Positions 12,263 through 24,815 of a DNA stretch of 64,000 nucleotides are shown in pieces. The notes beneath the pieces are model-generated. The model saw only the letters and a program-made list of their open reading frames with translations. It made no database searches and was not told the origin of the DNA. Position 1 is the first letter of the stretch. Every line of letters begins with the position of its first letter. This DNA is from Lama glama (Eukaryota), in NCBI GenBank assembly GCA_028534125.1, contig CM052817.1:72170001-72234000 (forward strand), read 5' to 3'. The translations under genes and the position numbers were made by a program.

Positions 12263-13913
12263 TTTTAAAAAAAACATTTAAATATTTGACCAATTAATTC
12301 ATTGTCCTAAAAAGGAAAAGTTTCCCAAATGCTTAAATGGCTCTGGAATTCTAATAAATAAATCTTAAAAATCAATACTTTTGACAACAGGATTTTTTAC
12401 CTTTGTTTTGTAAAATGTAGACCCTGTTGACTGGGAAATTGATCCTTTTAATTACTGATTTTTTTTTTTCTGGTCTATATTAAATTAGCATGAGTTCCAA
12501 AGACAGACTACTAATTCTTAAAGTATTGAAATGTAATTAAACATGTAAAAGCTAATCTGTATTGTACTTTTAGTTTGGGGTGATGCAGAACATACTTTGG
12601 TATTGTTGGGAAGTTATCATTATGACAATTACCACTGAGTTGATTCAGCTCTTTGAAAAAGTGTTGATAATACACTTTTAGATAAATAACTTACATTTTG
12701 GGATAAAATGTCTTAAATAATTTATAGTTTAGATTTTCTGGACTGTCATGAAATTCACATGTCTTCTTAGATTTTTTTTACAGTATCATCTTAATTGTTC
12801 CTCCCTATTCTTTCTGGCAGTTGAGCACAAAAATATTTCAAAATGAGATTCAAGGGTTGCACCTCCATTTTTATTTATACCATATTAGAATATTTTTCTG
12901 TGTTTTTATGTGCACAGAACTTCTTAAGGTAGCTGTGGGAAATCAAATGTAGCAGTGCAGGATAAATGGAATTGCGATTATTTTTACTATCTATAGAATA
13001 AAAGACTGAGAATGAATCATGAGTTTAAGTAATTTTGGATGGCTAAATTGCAAATAATTAAAAATTAATTCATTAAGCCTAAGAAGTGAACAGCAAAAAC
13101 AAAACACAGAGGGAACAATAGGCCTTTTATGGTAGAAGCAAGATACACAAATAGATTTCTAGGATGATTTTGCTAATGGAACTGTTCTGAACCAGGACAG
13201 TGGAAAACGATCAAATCCCTTGATTGTCTGCAACTTCATTTCTTTAAAGAAAGCAGGTAGATCTTTGGCATTGAGAAAAGAGGGAAGGAGTTATTTTTAT
13301 AATACCAGATAATAGCTTGAAATCCAAGAGTTACTAAGTGAATTCAGGGGACTAAGCTATCTTACTTTAATGCGGGAATCTGTGCGTCTTTACATCTTTG
13401 GCAGAAAATACTCTTGGGGTTGATTTATGGCTTTTATCCTCTTATTGTTCACTCAGTGAAACACTGTATTATCTGTTCACTGTTTTGTTTCTCATAGCAA
13501 TATTATATTCATGTTTACCGGTATTTTGTAACATTCTTTCCTTCCCCCAAGTAAGGGAAGATGCCAGAGAAGGCTTACTTTGGGTGAGAATTGGCTGTGG
13601 GTTCCCCCACGGGCTAGAGCAGCCCTGCTCAGGACCTACTACTCCTGGGCTACACTGGGTACCTGACTCCTCCTGCGAACTTCCTCTGTGAGTGTAGGAT
13701 ATTGAATCATTTTTTCTCTCCTGCGCTCATTTCACAGATTCTGAAACCCTGATCTAGTTCTTCTCTAGAGAAGGTCTGATCTCACCCAAGTTGAAGGAAA
13801 ACAAAATCTTTTCTGTATTTTGAGCTCAGAGAACATGAATATGTTAAGTTAGATTGTCTCAGCCCATACTTCATAAAAAGCCTGCATTTAGGGCATGAAG
13901 ATGGAAAATGCAC

Positions 13914-14030
13914 CATGAGCCTGTGAGGGCAAGTGCTCTGCTTATTCATCAGTATTTCCCAAAGTCACTTACCTAGTATCACCTTCAGGAAGTTTCAATA
14001 CCTATTTGTTGAATGGGCTAAGAAATGAAA
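13914..14030 (+). mobile_element. L2 3' tail
   Basis: tgagcctgtgagggcaag...ttcaatacctatttgttgaatg. Confidence 0.6.
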
Positions 14031-15239
14031 TGGAAAAATCTTATTATAGCTTGTCCACTTTTGCTGTTTCTTGTTTTGGTTCATCCTCTAGAAAGCTTAA
14101 GTCTTCATATATGAGACAAATGGGTAAATGTATTGTTTGTAAATACAGCATTATGGATATGGAAATATAAGATAGTATGTGTTGTTTTGTTTGTATTTTA
14201 CTCTAAATTGTGTCTATTGATATGCATGTTCATAAGAAAATCTTGGAAATAGGAAAATAATGCCATTACAAATACTGAGAACCAGAAATTCCCAGAGCCA
14301 CACATTTTACAAATCGTCTTTAACTGTTTTGAATATTTATTAATTCTAAATTTAAGTTCAGATCATTAAGCCTGAGCATTTCAATTTCTGTTAATTAATT
14401 TGTCTTTTTAGAAAAGATTTTAAAGTACAAATCAGATGTCTAATCACTTTCAAGTTTCACCATTGCTCACACCGCCAAAGTGATTTTAAGAGAGAGCATT
14501 TGAGGAGAGAAACAAAAGAGAAACAACCACTGTTAAATGAGAGGGCGGAAATGCTTCCTGTGCTTCTTCGCTTCACTTCCCACTCCCTTTCTCTACTGGT
14601 CTGTAATTTAACTTGTCTCAAAAGTTTTTACGATACTTGAGCAGTTGTGAAGGATGGACGCTCACATACATATTCAAGCCTATGCGGTTTATTTATAATT
14701 TGGCACCTTTAGAAAAAAAGAGAAAGGATTAAAATGAGTTGTAATGTGACATAATCTGAAACTTATTATGAGAAGTAGCTACAATCAACAGACAAAATTT
14801 TTCTTTTTACTGAAAATCTCCCTCTCAATTAGGCAGGAAGGGTGCCTGACTTCCGTGTAGTGTAGCATTGTTTGTTATTGTTTCTTTCCCTTTCATAGTT
14901 CTTTCAGAAAATGAATGGCCAAAAAATAGGTAAGAAGAGAACAATACTGAGTTTTCTTTTCCTGTGATCTTTTAACGGCTCTAAAGCAGTATGACGGCAG
15001 ATGAAGGAATAGTGCCCAAAATTTTAAATTTGTAAAAACTTAGTCCCGGATCATACGTTACTTTTCATGAGTATTACTGTCATTGCACATATAAAGTAGC
15101 CAAGAGATACAGTGATCAGTGAGTTTCCTACACCCGAACGGGAGAACAGAATTCTGTCTCCCCGTCGTCCTCTTTTTCTCAAAGACACAACAATCATGGT
15201 TAGATATTGACAGTGATCTCAATGTACATAAATGGTTTT

Positions 15240-15370
15240 GTACTTAGCCTATCACAGTGTTCCTGAGAAGGCACATTTTACATGGACATGTATTATTTAG
15301 TATTTATAATTCCATGGAAGAGACTCACCCCTTTCAGACGGAAGGAGTTCAGAGAAGAGGTCACACAGAA
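15240..15370 (-). mobile_element. Degenerate MIR
   Basis: ttttacatggacatgtattatttag...cccctttcagacggaag...agaggtcacacag. Confidence 0.4.
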
Positions 15371-16045
15371 ATGGTTTATGCATTAATGATGGTCCTTTAC
15401 CATCTTCATTAAATTGTGAAGTTACATGGGGAGGTGGCGTTAATTAATAGAACTATCTAACATCTTCATGGCTGCTATGAGGTGTAGGAGAAAATGATTC
15501 AACTTTGTGAATTACTGAAGTTTTCAGACTCTGGTATATGTAGTATTAAATCCCACTGGAACCTGAAATTCAGGTTACTAGCATCAGTTTGCTTCATTCG
15601 CTCTAACTTTCTATTGTAATAGGCAAGGGCACACTGTGTGCATTAAGTCTCTGGGTCAACTGGAGACAGGAGCATAATTTGATCCATAGAGCACCCTCTT
15701 GAGTTTGAAATTATAGCGACCTGATGGAGCATACAAAAATAGAAACTTCTACTTTTTCTAACTATATAAATAGGGCAAATGGATTTGCCTGGAATTCATG
15801 ATTCTACTATGTTTCTTGTTCAAAAGCTTATGGCTACATCTGCCTCATTTTGTTGTTGATGCTAATTTGGAGTAATGAAATATGCTCACAGGTGTTAATA
15901 CTACAGACAAAGATTATGGAAATGAAAAGTGATAACAGGAAAAATAAAATCAACCTGGACTTTACTGAAAGTTATTGGAAAAGAGTTTAGAAATGATACT
16001 CTAATGTTCCCCAAACTCCATTAGCCTAATGGAAGAGGACTGCAC

Positions 16046-16102
16046 GTGTGTGTGTGTGTGTGTGTGTATGTGTGTGTGTGTGTGTGCGTGTGTGCGTGTG
16101 TG
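16046..16102. repeat. Imperfect (TG)n microsatellite, about 28 units
   Basis: Read directly. Confidence 0.95.
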
Positions 16103-17439
16103 ATCCTGATGCACTCACAGTTGGTTGAAGCTAGATTGGCAGTAACAGCTGCCCCCAGTATCAACAATCAAGTACAATGAAGTGTGGCAACCCCCCGACT
16201 GTTTTCCATTCAAATGAGTTATGAGTTCTCACCGTTCAGAATCACTCTTATTTTAAAAAAAGTCGAGTTTTGAGAATTGGGGAATATCCACCTGGCAGGG
16301 AAATTTTCATGCTTTGAAAAAAAGTGGAAAAAAGAGATTACATTAGATCAATCAAAGTCCCTGGAAAATGTTAAAGTGAGAAGAAAAAAAAAATCAGAGC
16401 ACAGAGAAATAACAAAAAAAGCAATCCAGGGGAACCCATTAATAAGAATGAGTGTCAGTGTTACTGGGTCCAAGGACTCTGCTCCAACGGATTAGAACAT
16501 GGAGCACTGGATCAGAAATGCACGGAGGCAACTGTGACCGGCAAGGGGCCTGCTCCAGCCCCGACATCAAAGCCTCACTGGAGAAAAAAATGCTTGGTTT
16601 CTTGTAGCTTAATCCAACATTACACACTTCTTTCAAACATCAAAAATGCTGCTCAGTCTTTGGATTGCTGGGCATTCTTACTACTAATCCAGCCTTAATT
16701 ATAAAAATTTTATACTCCCTCAGTTTCCTTCCCCTGCACCACCAAATGCCTGCTTGAAGGGAGAGGCATGGGAAGTAGGTGAAGGGAAATTAGGGAACAC
16801 TCCATGGTGAAAGGGAAGTTGTTTCTTACCTAGTGTCAGAGCTAGCCAGTATGTTCTAGGAATATCTATACGTAAAGATATTCTTCATAAAAACATTCAT
16901 TCATGTGGTCCCTTTGCTTGATAGAAAAATTAGTGTTTTTTTTTTTCTTTCTAAACTCTCTCTAGTAGACAGACTTACTCTCACCCTGAGATATCTTAAG
17001 TGGCACTGGGGTCCCACAGACCACTTTAGGCTACTCATCTCAAAAGGTAAAGGCCATATATTTCTTTTTAACCACATTTTACCCAGGGACATTGATTTGT
17101 AGTCTTTTTGTGCCCTTAGGCCTCAAAGTACATGCCATTGGTGCCTATGTACTTGAACTTGAATGATGTCAAGTCACCAAGTTGCATAAATTACCTCGAG
17201 AGCAAAACAAATAAGTTATTCCAGGCAATTCCCATGAAGAGCCTACATTTATGGCTTCCTACTCTTTCCCTAATGATTAATATGAGCTTATCCTTTTTCT
17301 CTCCATAACATCTCTCTAAACGCTTGTAGGCAATTAACATGTCTCTCTTTCAATTGTCTCTCCTCTAGTCTGAACATGCCCATTGCTCACAGGTCTGTCT
17401 TATTTCCAAACCTTTTATCAGTTCAGTTGCTTTCCTTTG

Positions 17440-17560
17440 AACTCACTCCAGTTTGTCTTTCTTTTCAAACATGGGATATCCAAAACAGAACACAACCCAA
17501 GGAGGCCTACATGGAGGAACTCAAAGCAGTAAAAGTGGCGTCTTTCTTTTTGCATTCCGC
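17440..17560 (-). mobile_element. Possible L3/CR1 fragment
   Basis: ccagtttgtc...ccaaaacagaacacaa resembles antisense CR1/L3 sequence; highly diverged. Confidence 0.35.
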
Positions 17561-18819
17561 TTCAAATCTAGTTGCATTAAAGTCTTTGCCGTTATTGGAA
17601 ATAGATTTTTTTTTTAATCCCTCTATGTTTATTGCCCACAGTCTGTAACACCAGAGCCTTGGGTACAATTAAACTTCCTCTTGCGTTAATGTGAACAGAT
17701 GATTCCTTCATGTGACTATTTTATATCTGATTTCAAGCAATTTTTCCAATGCAATAGAAGTCATTCTGTATTCATAGCTCTCTTCAATGGCCTTTATGAT
17801 CACTTATCGTTTTATTGCTCATGAACATGTTTAATAATTGGTTATCTTTTGGATTGTGTTTCTCATTTACAACACATCACTGAATTATATGGAGGAGAAA
17901 ACAGTGTCTAGTGTACATTTTTTTCAAACATGGCATTGGTCTATTAGCAATTATTCTGCCACCCAAAAGATCAGAAACAATAAGCTATCCATCTTTTAGT
18001 AGTTTCCTCTAATCCAGATTTCTCTGGTTTCTCTATAAGAATGCCACCCCCTGCTTTTGAAAAGAGGACAGGTGTTAAAAGACAGCTGCACTAGGTCTCT
18101 TCTGGCAAACTCCCAGCAGTGAGGATCCTCCCACCCTCTCTCAGAGCTCAATCCCCAATTCGCCTCACCTCCTTCACAGACCGTAGACATGTTACAGTTG
18201 GAATGGTAAAGGCTACACTCCAAACAGGGATATATAATGGTTAATTATTAATCAAGTCTTTTTATTTGCAAATTTACTGCTATGGATGATGACTTTAACA
18301 GATGTATTCTTCCAGAAAATATTGCTATAGGAAATGGTTTGAGGAAACGAACATTGGAGTTTTTTGGGAGGAAAAATACATATTTATGATATAAGAAATT
18401 CTCATAAATTATATCTATGAGACATCTAAAAGCTATTTATTCTTTACCAATCCCTGACAGTCCATCCAAACAGTGGCAAAATAAATCCATTAAATCTGAG
18501 CAGCATTACGTTAACTTTTCCAACAAGATAGTCCTCATAGCAAAAGAGAGAACTTATTTAGCAGTGTTCTGAGGTATAGTCTTGAGTGGTCAGTTATAAG
18601 AACAAAATTACTTTGAAATCTTGTATTTTATCCAAAACAGTCACACGAATTTTGAAATCTACCCCATTACCTGCCTGTGGTTGATTTCATATAAAAGTAG
18701 TACTTTGGATTCAATACCAGTTAAATTCTACCTTGATTTTTCTCTTTGGCTAAAAGTGTGAATATAAGATGAATCACATTGTTTCCGATATTGTAACATG
18801 TAATATACTCACTGATCGA

Positions 18820-19271
18820 TTGTTTATCATCAGATTCCTGCCCCAGCTTCTAAGTACAGAAAGGCAGGAAAGACCCACAGGGCCTGGAGCAGTGATTGGC
18901 ATATAGTTGAGTCTACACAAATATTTGTTGAGAGAAAAACTTAACCTCATGTGGCTCCCTATGCCCCTGGTATAAGAATTTTCAGAAACCTTGCCATTCC
19001 TTGTGAGATGCAGGGATTTAAAGCAACTTGGTGATCAAGATTCACCACGTAATCTTGAAATGACTATCATCTAACCAATTTGAACAAACGAGCCAGACCA
19101 CTTGACTCCATAAACTTCTTGCATAGCCTCAACCACATTGTGCTTAATGTCATTTGCTTGTTTGTTTTCCTTATTGAGTAGGGAAGAAGAAAGGGAGAGC
19201 CTGAGGGCAGATACAGTATAATATTCACCTTTCTCTTTCAAAGGGACACATGACTGAAGGAATGAATGAAT
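18820..19271 (+). mobile_element. L2 3' tail fragments (two)
   Basis: cctggagcagtgattggcatatagttg...caaatatttgttga (about 18880-18930); ctgagggcagatac...gaatgaatgaat (about 19200-19271). Confidence 0.55.
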
Positions 19272-20011
19272 CCATGGACAATGTCTACATGATTCCACCT
19301 CAGAGGACAGGTAAGAGAAACTCATTTTTATGCGATCCATGATATGGCCCCAAATATTTTAAAGTCCTCCATAATCTGATTATTTTTCAACCTTATTTCC
19401 CACTTTCTGTCACACTGACCAATAATATAGTAGGCGCTTGGCACATAGAAGGAGCACAGTCAATGCCAGGTTCCATTCACAGGAGTATGTGTGTGGCAGC
19501 CAACAGTGTCAGTAAAGGCTATTTTCAACATTCCTGGCCATTTCTTTAACTCAGCCAATGATGTTTACTAACCCTCCTCCCCAAACACACAGGTTCATAT
19601 CCCAGCTCATATTCACTTTAGTTATTATTTAGTTATATACATATAATATTTAGTTATAAATTTAGTTATATCTTGTGACTTCCCTACTCATAGAGGGCTC
19701 TGTGCTTCTTCTTTAGCCATTCTCACTCAAATGTGGTCGAATTTTCACCTCTTTTCTTCTGAGCTCTCCAGCCTCTTTTATCTTTCTCATCCAAGAGTAA
19801 CAATAGTTGAAACGCACATGAGTAAATTTAGTAATGTGTTATTTTGCATTGTTCACAAATCATTGCCGAGGTTCTTAGTCTTCTCTCACCAACTTGTCAC
19901 ATTCCCCAGGACTGAGGACAGAAAGTATTCAAATATATTTTTGACAGATTCATAAATGTGTCTTTCATGATTCTTGATTTTATTTCCTTCTTTTAAATTA
20001 TCACAGTTCAA

Positions 20012-20183
20012 GGGGGTGAGTCTAGCTCAGTGGTAGAGTATGTGCCTAGCATGCACAAGGCCCTGAGTTCAATCTCCAGTATCTCCATTAACATAAATAA
20101 ATAAATAAACCTAATTACCTCCCCAAATAAATTTTAAAAATATGTTAAATAAATAAATAATTTAAAAAAGAAACAAATAAACG
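20012..20183 (+). mobile_element. tRNA-derived SINE (Vic-1-like)
   Basis: A box tagctcagtgg, B box gagttcaatctcc, aacctaattacctcccc segment, A-rich tail; perfect 12-bp TSD atcacagttcaa (20000-20011 / 20184-20195). Confidence 0.9.
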
Positions 20184-21970
20184 ATCACAGTTCAAATGCT
20201 CATGAAAACATGGTAGGAAAAAGAAGATTATTAAAACATGCTCCCGTGAAAAATTATTTAAAATTCCTCTAGTTTGCAAACATCCATTTGGATGCTTATT
20301 GGAATGAAAGGCCAACGGGGGTTTAGTTAAAGATTGAAATGTTCTCATATTTATTTGATCTGTGGGATCAGTTTGGCAGTTCTGGATGACTTTAAACTTC
20401 ATGGGAGTCATTTTGCAGGAAATTGCAAATTATTCTGCATCAGTTTTCTCTGTCTCTTATTCAATGCTGCCCTCACTTAAAAGGCAGCAAGGCTTCTTTT
20501 TTTTTTTTTTTTTTCCCACTTTGTCCTGAGGGCTGTTGTAAATTGATTTGGGAGTGGAAGAGTTGGGAGTAAAGGAAACTGCTTCTCACCATCACATTTA
20601 ACTGCCTCTTCACTTTTTGAATGCCTCATCTATTCTAATGATAAATGCTTTGAATTCAAGAGATTGAGTTGATCTTATTTTAGGGTATATTTTCTTTATT
20701 TAGAGTATATCTAGACACATTTAAGTTTTCAAACATGTTCTTTTTAATATAGTCAGAATATTATCATGGATGTATTAGTTATATTGCCCTGATACTTTCC
20801 AGAAGTTATAGCAATATCCTCTTAATGTTTACTTAGTACTTGTTTCAAAAGAAGATTGAATTAATCTAGTAAAAAGAACCTCAAGTACCTGTGTTTCTTG
20901 TCTGTTATTATAGTCGTAGCAGATTGCCAAGGTCCTAGAAAGACAAAAAGTCCAAACTCCAAAGGGAGAATGCAGTGTGCTATTTCCACATCTTGACCGG
21001 CAATAATAGCTAAAGGGTATAGGAGCATGTGAAGATACAATTTTATTTTTCCCAGAGCTTTGTTGGAGGTATAGAAGAAACAGTCTAGACATGATACTGG
21101 ATTAAGAACTAACAACAAGAAGTTAGTGGATTATAAAAGCAGGAAAGAATAATCTCCTGAATACTTTGTTGGGCTTACCTTGAATGTCAAACATAGGCTC
21201 TTTTTCTGCACATGTTCTAAAGACAATAGCATTGTTGATAGTTTTCCCTGTGCATTTGCGAGGATGCTTTGTTGGAACCAGTCTGCCTTTGGCACATGGA
21301 GGCAGGACTGTAGTTGAAACAGCAGAAAGGAAATGCCAGAGAAGTTTCTCCAAAACTATAATATCTGTTTACATTTTTGTGTGGCTGAGAAAAACGAAGC
21401 CACTTGCTGAGTTGAGACAAAGGACTGAAAACAGAACGTTATAAGATGTTGCCGTCACAAAACCTTTAAATGCACACTATTCTGTGGAACTTGGCACAAG
21501 GTGCTTAGTCAGGAATGACCCTTTGGGTTAGTCATCCTAGTGGGTCGGCTTCTTCTTTGGAGGCTTATCAGAAGATTGTGTGGTAATGTGAAGAGAAAGA
21601 AAGAATGGAGCCCGAGGCTGAGTTCTCCAGGGTTGTGTCTTACAAACACTTCAGACAGGTCGTTCAGATCTTTAAAGCATTGAACCATTCCCACGTACTC
21701 TCTTTCGACGTTCTAAAAGTATTTTTATCCTCTTCTTTCGCCATTTCTACAGTGGAGGCTCAGAGAAGACAGAGGGTATGGGTTTCTTTTGAAAATCTTG
21801 GCAAGACGGGTACACTGTTCGGGGCAAAATGTGCCTTGGGGGTTTTGAATGTGTGATATCAACAGCTTACCTGTAGCCTTTCCAAAATCTCTCCCTTGCC
21901 TTTCAGTAACTAACAGCGTATCGGTGATAAAAATTCACCCACTGTGGGAATGTGACTCGCAGCTTTTATT

Positions 21971-22470
21971 NNNNNNNNNNNNNNNNNNNNNNNNNNNNNN
22001 NNNNNNNNNNNNNNNNNNNNNNNNNNNNNNNNNNNNNNNNNNNNNNNNNNNNNNNNNNNNNNNNNNNNNNNNNNNNNNNNNNNNNNNNNNNNNNNNNNNN
22101 NNNNNNNNNNNNNNNNNNNNNNNNNNNNNNNNNNNNNNNNNNNNNNNNNNNNNNNNNNNNNNNNNNNNNNNNNNNNNNNNNNNNNNNNNNNNNNNNNNNN
22201 NNNNNNNNNNNNNNNNNNNNNNNNNNNNNNNNNNNNNNNNNNNNNNNNNNNNNNNNNNNNNNNNNNNNNNNNNNNNNNNNNNNNNNNNNNNNNNNNNNNN
22301 NNNNNNNNNNNNNNNNNNNNNNNNNNNNNNNNNNNNNNNNNNNNNNNNNNNNNNNNNNNNNNNNNNNNNNNNNNNNNNNNNNNNNNNNNNNNNNNNNNNN
22401 NNNNNNNNNNNNNNNNNNNNNNNNNNNNNNNNNNNNNNNNNNNNNNNNNNNNNNNNNNNNNNNNNNNNNN
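21971..22470. other. Assembly gap (500 N)
   Basis: Run of exactly 500 n, probably a placeholder size. Confidence 1.
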
Positions 22471-23688
22471 CAATATGTATTATGGGTGGTATTTACCCAG
22501 AGAGTTTTGTCATTAATTGGGACTGACATGGTATAGTTGTGACTAAGGAACAATTTATATAAACCCACTTTGGTTTGGTGAGTCTGAGAATAGCACTGAA
22601 TGTGTGAGTCTGCAGATAACATTCAATGGATGATCATAAATGAAATTCTGAATGCCAAGATAAACATCAATATTGAATGTTAGCATATGCAATGGGAACA
22701 AACTGGGTAACTGTTATAAAATTTAGAAATATTGTGCTTGCTATGAAATGTGATTTCTTTCTATTCTCAGTATATTGAATTTTTGGATTTTAAGTTCAAT
22801 GTTAAAATTCAGGCTAATAACTAAAATGATGCTAAGCCACTAGTCATAACTGAGGCTATTTCTACATGAAGAAATGCAGAAGTGAGGTGAAAATATTCTT
22901 TTGATCCAACAGATCAGCTGTGGTGCTTAAGTTCTACAAAGACATAGACATTTGAGCCACTTTGATCATCCCACCATTTATAAAGGCCACAGCTGATTGG
23001 ATTAAGAGACATTTGCTTTCAGAGCTATCCTGCCACTGAATACGTAGAAATAATCTAATTAACAAACTACTTTTTAAATTCTAATATTTCACCTGCACAG
23101 TGAGGGATGATCCAGTTGCAAATGGATATTTGTTAACATTTCCATGTAAATTGCTGATGGTTCAAATAATAACTGAAAACTACCTGAAAAACATACTCTC
23201 CTACAGAAAAAGCTCCTGAATGAGAGCGTGATTTGTACCTTGGCCAAAATAGGCAGGCAGTTTTCAATATGTTTTCCCCCAAGCCTTTGAAGTGGCACTC
23301 AGGAAGCATTATGTTAAAAATATTGGAAGTTAAGTTCCTGGAGGTGAATACTATTGCCAGTTCTGTCTGTTTAGCAACTAGCGGAGTGACTCTTTCAGGG
23401 AGGGACTAAACATGTGTTTGGATTTTAAAGACCAGCAAGATTAGACTTGAATGCAACCTGACTAGACCTGGATGATAGCTAGCTAATGAAGTTCACGAAG
23501 AGTTGATAAATGTCTTTAAAACTTCTGTCCCCAAATAGTTAAGGCAGCACATAGGCAATCACTAAATGTTTGAGTGACTGACTGATGAAGATGCTTGTGA
23601 CATTGAAGAATGAGGGAGAACAGAGCATCTCTAATAAATACTCATATCTGGAGTTCAGAAAAAGGAAGGAAAAGGAAAACCAAGATTT

Positions 23689-23791
23689 GAGGTGGTGTAT
23701 AGCTCAGTGGTAGAGCATGTGATTGGTGTGCATGAGGTCCTGGGTTCAATCCCCAGTATTTCTGTTAAGGAAAAAAAAAAAGAAAGAAAAA
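23689..23791 (+). mobile_element. tRNA-derived SINE (short Vic-1-like variant)
   Basis: gtatagctcagtggtagagcatgtgattggtgtgcatgaggtcctgggttcaatccccagta followed directly by an A tail. Confidence 0.85.
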
Positions 23792-24084
23792 GATGAAGCC
23801 TGGAAAAATGTGGTTATATTCACAGTGCTCTTTCTTAGAACAATGGAAAGTAGAGATAACAATTGATATTCCAATAAAGAAAAGCTCATTTCTATAAAAC
23901 AAGCTTGTAGTGTCAAGAAAAAATTTGAAAAACTTAACAAGCCATGCTCTTATTGGACCCATAAATGTTAATTGTAGCAGTGGTACAGATATGCAATTTT
24001 ATATATAAAGCAAACATTTTTATCTAATTCACAAATACAAGGTTGAATTTTTTGTAATAATATGAACTTTTTTCTAACCAACGT

Positions 24085-24815
24085 TGTTGTAGGTACATTG
24101 GGTGCATCAATTTCAAGTATAGAATTTTGAGTTTTGACAGTTGTATGCACCCACGCACCTCCACCATGATTAAGTTACATCGCATTTCCGTCATCCCCAA
24201 AGACTTCTTGTGCCTCTTTGCAGTTTATCTCTCCCTTTGCTCCAGGCCAGGGGCAACCACTGATCTGCATTTTGTCACTCTAGTTTGTATTTTATATCAA
24301 TGGAGTCATATTGAATGTAGCATTTCAATATGGACCTTTCATTCAGCATATTATTTTTGAAATTCATCCATGTTGTTCCATGTTGTGTGTTTCAATAGTT
24401 TCTTCCTTTTTATCACTCAGTACTGTTTCATTCTATAAGTATATATTTACCCATTCCCCTATTGATGGTATTTGGATTGTTTCCACTTTGGAGCTGTTGT
24501 GAATAAAGCTGATATGAACATTTGTGTATAAATCCTTGTGTGTACATTTTGTTCCATTCCTCTTGAGTAAATAAGTCCACTTAAGAATGGAATGACTAGG
24601 GATATGGTAGGTATAGCTTTAACTTTTTAAGAAGCTATGAAACAAATTTCTGTAGTGGCTGTACCATTTCACATTCCCACCAGCAATGTATGAGAGATCA
24701 AGTTGCTCCACATCCTTGCCAACACTTGATATTATCAGTCTTTTAAAATTTTAGCCATTCTGATAAATGTGTTGTCATGTCTTACTATGGTTTTAATTTG
24801 CATTTTCCTGATGAA
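24085..24815 (-). mobile_element. L1MB/L1MC 3' fragment
   Basis: gagttttgacag, catttccgtcatccccaaa, ggcaaccactgatctg, gtaccatttcacattcccaccagcaatgtatgaga. Confidence 0.85.

Noticed and set aside
21849..22622. Four long ORFs (187-225 aa) in the ORF track
   Set aside because: Artefacts of the 500-N gap
196..23791. tRNA genes at 196, 20012 and 23689
   Set aside because: A-rich tails, TSDs (in two copies) and degenerate stems show they are SINEs
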